Assembly (NCBI RefSeq): GCF_000698785.1
Contig: NZ_CP007536.1
Coordinates: forward strand, 750,001 to 782,000
Source of the DNA: Nitrososphaera viennensis EN76
Lineage (GTDB): Archaea > Thermoproteota > Nitrososphaeria > Nitrososphaerales > Nitrososphaeraceae
Reading direction: 5' to 3'
Length of the DNA: 32,000 nt
The stretch's first letter is position 1; every line of letters begins with the position of its first letter. The notes beneath the pieces were generated by a model that saw nothing but the letters and a program-made list of their open reading frames with translations, searched no databases and was not told where the DNA came from. The translations under genes and the position numbers were made by a program. Below are positions 26,825 to 32,000 of the stretch, piece by piece.

Positions 26825-26846
26825 GCTAACGGGCGGTCCTGCAGTC

Positions 26847-26993
26847 ATGCATGAGTTTCTCGGTCCCATCAAGCCGTCCTATCATGAATGCAAGGGTTGC
26901 GGTAAGCGAAAATCGCTTATCTGCACCAGATGCGGTCTGTGCTTTACGTGTCATCCGATAATAGAAAGGCGCCGCGTGCCAGTTGCGGCGTGA
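26847..26993 (+). CDS. Cys-rich 48-aa miniprotein (possible zinc ribbon)
   Basis: The protein reads MHEFLGPIKPSYHECKGCGKRKSLICTRCGLCFTCHPIIERRRVPVAA. It contains CKGC plus C-x2-C-x2-C-x2-C. The TATA spacing fits a leaderless start, and it ends 29 nt before the orc1/cdc6 ATG. Confidence 0.3.
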   Translation: MHEFLGPIKPSYHECKGCGKRKSLICTRCGLCFTCHPIIERRRVPVAA

Positions 26994-27022
26994 TCCGCTG
27001 AATAGGAGTCGAGAACATCGTC

Positions 27023-28225
27023 ATGGCTAAAAATATTGTCCAAGACATACTTCAAAAACATACCATATTCAAGGACGAATCAGTGCTGGACGTAGAGTAT
27101 ACCCCTGATAGCCTGATGCACAGGGAGAAAGAGATAGGTTCACTAGCATTATTTTTCAGGTCCTTGATAGAAACACCTGGTAAAGCCTCGCCTGTTGCCC
27201 TCATCTACAGCAGGTCAGGAACTGGCAAGACATCCATAACAAAGACTTTTGGCGGCATAGCTGCAGACATGCTCAAGTCAAAAGGCATCGACCTGAAATA
27301 CGTGCACATCAACTGCAAGTTTGTCACAAACATGCATGCTTTGATGCAGCAGATAGTACGTTCCACGACAGGCGCAGATGTCAAGGGCTTGAGCCCTGAC
27401 CTGATGTTCAGGGAGATGTACAGGCAGCTTGAAGCCAACGACAAGTACCTTTTGCTTACGCTGGACGAAGTCGACTGGTTCATCAAGAGGACTGGTGAAG
27501 ACCTGATCGAGCAGCTGACCAGATACAGAGAAGAGCTTTCAAAACCAAAGCGGCTGGCAATAATCTTCGTGGTAAGAGACTGTAACATTGGCAGCATGGC
27601 AGAGCTTGAGCGTGGCAAGCTCCACAGGACCTTTGGCGCAAGAACGCTGAAGATGGAGCCTTACACCAAAGAGCAGCTTGTAGACATCATCAGCCAGAGG
27701 GTGCAGATGGCATTCAAAACAGACGGATCGGTTCCCGATGACATAATTGACTTTATTGCAGATATGACGTGTTCGGTAGGCGATGCGTACTATGCGATAC
27801 AGATACTGTGGAAGGCAGGCAAATGTGCCGATAACTTTGGGATGAACAGGATTATCCCAGAGCATGTCAGGATGGCCAAATCTATGACCGACCCAAAGGT
27901 CAGAAGCGAAGACCTGCTGTCCTTGCCAAGGGATGAGAAAGTCGTACTTCAAGCTGTGGCGAACCTCTTGAGAATAGAATCCAACATCTATGTGAGCCTG
28001 ACAGAGATAATCGATGAATACCACGTACTGTGCGAGACTTACAAATGCGACCCTGTTGACAGTCAGACTGTTAGGGAATACCTGCTTGACCTGTCAAGGA
28101 TAGGATTCCTGGACACCAAACATGCAAAATCTAAACAACAGCTGGGAGCAAGCATCCATGACGTCCCTATCGTAATCCTGCTAGAAGTGCTTGAACCCAT
28201 GGTAGCAAAAGAGCATTCTGATTAA
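27023..28225 (+). CDS. cdc6: Orc1/Cdc6-family AAA+ replication initiator
   Basis: It has the typical N-terminus FKDESVLDVEYTPDSLMHREKEIGSL. Walker A SGTGKTS is at 27215-27232 and Walker B LLLTLDEVDW follows. The C-terminal region (VVLQAVANL...LTEIIDEYHVLCE...REYLLDLSRIGFL) looks like the winged helix of archaeal Orc1. Confidence 0.85.
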   Translation: MAKNIVQDILQKHTIFKDESVLDVEYTPDSLMHREKEIGSLALFFRSLIETPGKASPVALIYSRSGTGKTSITKTFGGIAADMLKSKGIDLKYVHINCKFVTNMHALMQQIVRSTTGADVKGLSPDLMFREMYRQLEANDKYLLLTLDEVDWFIKRTGEDLIEQLTRYREELSKPKRLAIIFVVRDCNIGSMAELERGKLHRTFGARTLKMEPYTKEQLVDIISQRVQMAFKTDGSVPDDIIDFIADMTCSVGDAYYAIQILWKAGKCADNFGMNRIIPEHVRMAKSMTDPKVRSEDLLSLPRDEKVVLQAVANLLRIESNIYVSLTEIIDEYHVLCETYKCDPVDSQTVREYLLDLSRIGFLDTKHAKSKQQLGASIHDVPIVILLEVLEPMVAKEHSD

Positions 28226-28241
28226 AGTCGGAACGAGTGAC

Positions 28242-28532
28242 TTGGCAATAAACGATGATAATGCAAAGTCCAATTGGATAGAACAGATTCTGTCGTCCCG
28301 GGTCAGGATAAGAATACTCGTTCTTCTAGCAGTTAATCATGGTACCGGCTTTAGCAAATACAAGATATCATCAGCAACCAACGTTTCTGCCAAGGAAGTC
28401 TCAAAGCACATGAAGATACTTGTGGAGGCTAAACTTGTGAGAGCTGTTGGCGGCGGAGTTACCTTGTACTCCTTTAACGATAGTGGACCCGCGTTACTTT
28501 TCGCTGAATTTCTTAGGCGCAGTATCTCCTAA
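28242..28532 (+). CDS. ArsR/winged-HTH-like small transcription regulator
   Basis: RVRIRILVLLAVNHGTGFSKYKISSATNVSAKEVSKHMKILVEAKLVRAV has an HTH plus wing pattern. TTG 28242 is the only in-frame canonical start, 16 nt after the orc1 stop. Confidence 0.55.
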   Translation: MAINDDNAKSNWIEQILSSRVRIRILVLLAVNHGTGFSKYKISSATNVSAKEVSKHMKILVEAKLVRAVGGGVTLYSFNDSGPALLFAEFLRRSIS

Positions 28533-28820
28533 ACTAGCAGTTTATTCTTGCATTTACCCCACAAAAATTGCAGAATTTTGCGGCTCTCGCTTTAATCGGT
28601 TAGCCTTTCTGTATGAAGCTCATGTACGATTTTGATATGTAAAAGATCCATAACATTTGCACATTTCATGAAAAAACTGCAGCTGGGTAGGGGGAGGGGC
28701 TGGATGTACTGCACTGCTTAAAACCTCGCCTCCTCTCCCAGTCCTGAGCGACAATTGTCTGCGGCTGGTGATGGGAAGGGGACGGCGTACCTCGCCGTCT
28801 ACTCTGAAAGGCTTGTGCAG

Positions 28821-29171
28821 ATGGTAGAACACAAGCTTGAGGGCAGCATGGAAAGGCTCCTCATGCCGGTCGCACATTCTGCAGACATTGTACAAGAAGT
28901 AAAAGCGCTCTGTACTCTTGGCGGCAAAGGAGAAACCATCATGAAGGTTGCGACATACCTGCTTGAAAAAGACGTTAGGGCAAAAGAAGTTGCAGATGCA
29001 TTTGGCATAAACGCCAGCACTGCTCACCGTTCGCTAGAAAGACTAGAACAGCACGGCTTTGCTTTAAAGGATGAACGCAGCAGGCTATGGACTTTGAACA
29101 AAAGGAGGTTCCCGCTGCTTTATTCGCTCTCCCGCACCAGCACGGTCATTTTGTCGACCCGGAAAAGTTAG
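28821..29171 (+). CDS. Winged-HTH DNA-binding protein (start uncertain)
   Basis: IMKVATYLLEKDVRAKEVADAFGINASTAHRSLERLEQHGFALKDERSRLWTL is a clear wHTH. Candidate starts are TTG 28755 and ATG 28821, 28848, 28863 and 28941. The 3' end is firm. Confidence 0.45.
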   Translation: MVEHKLEGSMERLLMPVAHSADIVQEVKALCTLGGKGETIMKVATYLLEKDVRAKEVADAFGINASTAHRSLERLEQHGFALKDERSRLWTLNKRRFPLLYSLSRTSTVILSTRKS

Positions 29172-29246
29172 TTACGCACGAAATTTGCGCGTGATGCAAT
29201 AAAAGTTTAACCGCTTTTGCAGGTATATAGTACTGCTTGAAGACAG

Positions 29247-29510
29247 ATGGTCTACATCATAAAAGACTGGAACGTTTTCAAGCAAGCCGCGCTGAATAGC
29301 AGCTGCCACAACGACCGGGGCTGCTATCAAATCATAGACAGGGGACGAGGACAGGAAGTAAAGATTCTGGCAGGCAAGTTCGGTTATGCTGGCAGATTTG
29401 TGAGCGGTGATCCAGAGCTTGAAGAGGTCATCGGTTTTTGCCAGAAACAATCCTTTGCAGAAATAGCAAGCGGCCACATAGAAGCTGACTCGTTTTTTTC
29501 AGGGCGGTGA
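29247..29510 (+). CDS. Hypothetical 87-aa protein upstream of tfb
   Basis: TATATA at 29224-29229 lies about 20 nt upstream of ATG 29247. The stop is 7 nt before the tfb ATG. No motif was recognised. A 101-aa ORF on the opposite strand covers the same DNA, so this is a weak call. Confidence 0.25.
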   Translation: MVYIIKDWNVFKQAALNSSCHNDRGCYQIIDRGRGQEVKILAGKFGYAGRFVSGDPELEEVIGFCQKQSFAEIASGHIEADSFFSGR

Positions 29511-29517
29511 AAGGGGG

Positions 29518-30732
29518 ATGTCCGGATATCCATACCGTTTGCTGCGAAGCGAGAACTCTGCACAAACCCAAGGCTTCACACCACAAGCTTCAGATGAGAA
29601 TTCGCTAGGAAGGATTGGTTGTGAAGATTATCCCTCCGACAAAAGCGATGCAGGTTTATCACCTTCGCCCGTTGGCGAACAACATCGACAGCAGTCTGTC
29701 AATACGTGCAGGGTATGCTGTCATGGGATGCTGGTCTATGATGGAGGTGATGTGGTCTGTACAGCCTGCGGCGCTGTGGATGACGAGCAGAGGTCGGGCA
29801 TGCCGAATGACAGCGGCTGCTATCCTTCGCCTCATCCACACATGCACGGTGCTGCAATGAACAACATCTGGTCGATTACAAGGTCTGGCAACGGTACTGC
29901 CTTGCTGACAAGAGATGAGAAAGAGAAACTCGGCCTCCAGACAGGCGCTTACAGGCATACGTTAAGGTCGCCGGAGGAGAAGGTTGTAAAGATTATCGAC
30001 CGGGTCTGTGACAGAAACAACCTGGCGCTCCCAGAAAGCCTTGTCAAAGAAGCCGTGTACTGGGCAACCAAGATCACAAACGCGCTGGCATCAAAAAGGA
30101 AAGAAGACCAAGTCAGGATAAAGGTCTCCCCTGCAGAGATATCCATATTCTCTATAAGAAAGGCCTGCAAAACATCAGGGATATCTTGCTCTACACAAAG
30201 GCTGGTAGATGCACATCGGAGAATCGGATACAGCAACATTGCAGACAAGAAAATCCTCAAAAACCTGAGGAGAATCAGCTTTGTAACAGGAATAAAATAC
30301 GAAACCCTTGCTCCCAGAGACTATGTCTTCAACCTCACAAACTGTTTGATCTCTGACGAAGGCACAAGGTCCAAGCTGGCAAATATTGCAAACCCTCTGG
30401 ACTATATTGAAAGGAGAATCTACAGCAGGTCACTGGAGATACTTGCAGAGGTCCGCGGAGAGGGTAGAAACAATGTCATGATAGCCGCAGCCGCTATCTG
30501 CATTGCCGATAAGATTGAAGGCGAAGTGCTGGGATCCAGCATGATAGCAAAGGCGCTCCACCTAGACAAATACAAGGTTTCTCTTGCAATAGAACGTATC
30601 CTGAGCCAGATGCGCGAAGGAGGAAAAGAAGTGAAATTCCGGACCAATCCAGCTGCAGAGTACAGGTCGCAGGTTTCTGGCGAATTCGCAAGATTCGGGC
30701 AACGATGGCGGCCGAATGAAGGAGAGTCATAA
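29518..30732 (+). CDS. tfb: Transcription initiation factor B (TFIIB/TFB) paralogue with extended N-terminus
   Basis: The zinc ribbon CRVCCHGMLVYDGGDVVCTACG is at 29707-29769, preceded by about 63 aa with no similarity I recognise. The C-terminal roughly 200 aa are two helical repeats consistent with cyclin folds (VVKIIDRVCDRNNLPESLVKEAVYWA ... IAAAAICIADKIEG). Confidence 0.8.
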   Translation: MSGYPYRLLRSENSAQTQGFTPQASDENSLGRIGCEDYPSDKSDAGLSPSPVGEQHRQQSVNTCRVCCHGMLVYDGGDVVCTACGAVDDEQRSGMPNDSGCYPSPHPHMHGAAMNNIWSITRSGNGTALLTRDEKEKLGLQTGAYRHTLRSPEEKVVKIIDRVCDRNNLALPESLVKEAVYWATKITNALASKRKEDQVRIKVSPAEISIFSIRKACKTSGISCSTQRLVDAHRRIGYSNIADKKILKNLRRISFVTGIKYETLAPRDYVFNLTNCLISDEGTRSKLANIANPLDYIERRIYSRSLEILAEVRGEGRNNVMIAAAAICIADKIEGEVLGSSMIAKALHLDKYKVSLAIERILSQMREGGKEVKFRTNPAAEYRSQVSGEFARFGQRWRPNEGES

Positions 30733-31825
30733 GGAGATAATCCATTTGAAATCTGCCGCCCTGTCAAAAAACAGCATACAGGCGATATCCCTCGACCAGC
30801 TGAAAAAGAACGAATGGAACTGCAACACGATGACGAAGGAAGAGTTTGAATCCCTTAAAACCAGCATGAAAATCGAAGGTCAGATAAATCCGGTCCTAGT
30901 CACTCCACGCGGTGACTATTTCCTCATAATAGACGGTGAAAAGAGGTTCGCTGCAGCGACGGACCTTGGGTGGAAGTCATTGCAGGCCATAGTCGAAGAC
31001 GGTGTTAGCGACGACCAGGTAAAAGTCAGGTGCTTTACATCGCACTACAACAGGGGATTTCTGGATCCGATAAAGACGTTCAATCTGTTTTATGGTGAAT
31101 GGGTGAGAGAAAGCAGCAAGGCCTATGATGATGGCGAAGATGAAGGCGGTAGCGGCAAAGAGAAGGTGACGACAAGGCAGCTGGAGCAAAAATACGGTGT
31201 GGACCATTCATGGATTGTTCGAATTCTTACAATAAGAGAAATACCCGAGCCCGTACGGAAGTATATAAGCTCTTTGGTGCCCCGGGCACCAAGGCGGTTC
31301 TCAATAAAACATGCATTGGTACTGGCAGAAAAAGCAAATGTCATCCCTGAAGAGGAATTGAAGAAGGTGGTCGATTACTTTTTCAGCGCACAGAACAAGA
31401 AGGTGGAAAGCTACACGGACTTGAGATTTCTTTTGGAAACTGTGGTACAGGAATTACGTAACAAAACTCCCAACGATGATGATGTTGCTGACGGCTCCAA
31501 TCGTCAAGACTTTGATGATAATGACCACAACGATGCGCCAGACAAAACCGGAAAAGAGTCTGCTGGTAGCCGCAACGGCGGTAGTTCTACAGCATCAAGA
31601 CCAAAATCAAGGCCTTATGTTGAGGGGAATTTCGACTGTGAAGGCTGCGACAGCCACTACGTGATTGACTGGAACAATAAAAGAGTGCTAAAGCTCACTG
31701 CTGAAGACACATTTGTAAGGGCCTCAGAGGTCCAAACCCTGCCCGCCAAAGTTACTGACGGGTGTCCCAGGTGCGGCAATCAAATATCCATTGATTTTGA
31801 GGGAAGAACTTTCAGGTGGAGTTAG
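30716..31825 (+). CDS. ParB-like nuclease/partition-domain protein with acidic linker and C-terminal zinc ribbon
   Basis: ATG 30716 overlaps the tfb 3' end by 17 nt. PVLVTPRGDYFLIIDGEKRFAAATDLGW (DGEKR at 30932-30946) is the ParB N-terminal-domain signature. There is a D/N-rich low-complexity linker. The C-terminal CEGC...CPRCG is a Cys4 ribbon. Confidence 0.75.
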   Translation: MKESHKEIIHLKSAALSKNSIQAISLDQLKKNEWNCNTMTKEEFESLKTSMKIEGQINPVLVTPRGDYFLIIDGEKRFAAATDLGWKSLQAIVEDGVSDDQVKVRCFTSHYNRGFLDPIKTFNLFYGEWVRESSKAYDDGEDEGGSGKEKVTTRQLEQKYGVDHSWIVRILTIREIPEPVRKYISSLVPRAPRRFSIKHALVLAEKANVIPEEELKKVVDYFFSAQNKKVESYTDLRFLLETVVQELRNKTPNDDDVADGSNRQDFDDNDHNDAPDKTGKESAGSRNGGSSTASRPKSRPYVEGNFDCEGCDSHYVIDWNNKRVLKLTAEDTFVRASEVQTLPAKVTDGCPRCGNQISIDFEGRTFRWS

Positions 31826-31918
31826 CTGATCACCGTAATCAGCCAGAACAATACATCTTCCGGTTTGATTCCTATCTTTTAAACTCTTGGAAACCTCGCT
31901 TTTGGTGCACAAAGAAAA

Positions 31919-32000
31919 GTGAATCACCTAAACAAGCTGAAGTCAGACAGGAGGGCAATCAGTCCGATACTGGCAACAATAGTCCTTATAGCCATAACAG
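31919..32000 (+). CDS. Archaeal type IV pilin-like protein, N-terminal class III signal peptide only (3' end beyond window)
   Basis: GTG 31919 is the only canonical start after the TAA at 31880-31882. The translation MNHLNKLKSDRRAISPILATIVLIAIT matches the archaeal pilin N-terminal pattern (basic residues, A-[IV]-S-P-[IV]-[IL]-A-T, then a hydrophobic helix). Confidence 0.5.
   Translation, partial: MNHLNKLKSDRRAISPILATIVLIAIT

Noticed and set aside
26703-26846. TTG-initiated 5' extension of the Cys-rich miniprotein (96-aa version)
   Set aside because: The extension reads through the C7TC6 tract, giving GPPLPPKCP. This looks like translation of a non-coding homopolymer motif. The TATA spacing favours ATG 26847.
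28620-29027. 135-aa minus-strand ORF opposite the second wHTH gene
   Set aside because: It has an odd C/F/H/R-rich composition and no motif. The plus strand encodes a clear winged-HTH domain over the same DNA.
29173-29197. Apparent palindrome CGCACGAAATTTGCGCGTG after the wHTH gene
   Set aside because: When paired base by base, the arms are not complementary (CGCACG versus GCGCGT). It is only an AAATTT core.
29172-29477. 101-aa minus-strand ORF (GTG start) opposite the 87-aa plus ORF upstream of tfb
   Set aside because: Neither strand has a motif. I kept the plus ORF, at low confidence only, because of the TATATA box at leaderless spacing and its tight junction with tfb. The minus ORF cannot be fully excluded.
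31724-31927. 67-aa minus-strand ORF over the ParB 3' end and the downstream spacer
   Set aside because: It overlaps the ParB zinc-ribbon coding region and the pilin-like start, and has no supporting signal.
1-32000. CRISPR arrays, IS elements, integrases, rRNA genes
   Set aside because: I saw no regularly spaced direct repeats, no terminal inverted repeats flanking a transposase-like ORF, no tyrosine or serine recombinase motifs and no rRNA-like conserved blocks.

Overview
This window looks like an archaeal segment that is almost fully coding. It reads as a mosaic defence / DNA-conflict island followed by a replicon-like module. Archaeal origin is supported by a TFB (TFIIB) homologue, an Orc1/Cdc6 initiator, a class III pilin-type signal peptide at the right edge, and TATA-like boxes about 22-27 nt upstream of several start codons, which implies leaderless mRNAs. 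The phylum cannot be determined by eye. Left to right there are five modules. (1) nt 1-6748 is a five-gene, translationally coupled operon: a Rad50/SbcC-like zinc-hook ABC ATPase (5' end cut by the window), a coiled-coil protein with two DnaJ-type CxxCxGxG fingers, a small PD-(D/E)xK nuclease, a wHTH-like protein and a P-loop NTPase. (2) nt 6904-14400 holds two head-to-head giant helicase-nuclease fusions. One is a Upf1-like SF1 helicase with a Vsr/DUF559-like endonuclease. The other is a UvrD-like helicase with a Cas4/AddB-type Fe-S nuclease. (3) nt 14538-23324 holds a PglX/MmeI-like N6-adenine methyltransferase overlapping a PLD-SNF2 fusion, then a SAMHD1-like HD dNTPase. (4) nt 23655-26681 holds a SplB-like radical SAM enzyme, TcmP and a divergent Gp37/Gp68 three-Cys protein. 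(5) nt 26847-31825 holds a Cys-rich miniprotein, Orc1/Cdc6, two wHTH regulators, TFB and a ParB-like protein. I recognised no rRNA, tRNA, CRISPR array, transposase or integrase. The best candidates for an undescribed system are module 1, the MTase + PLD-SNF2 pair (DISARM-like but lacking DrmA/DrmB) and module 4. All functional calls rest on motifs read by eye from the supplied translations. No database search or computation was run.
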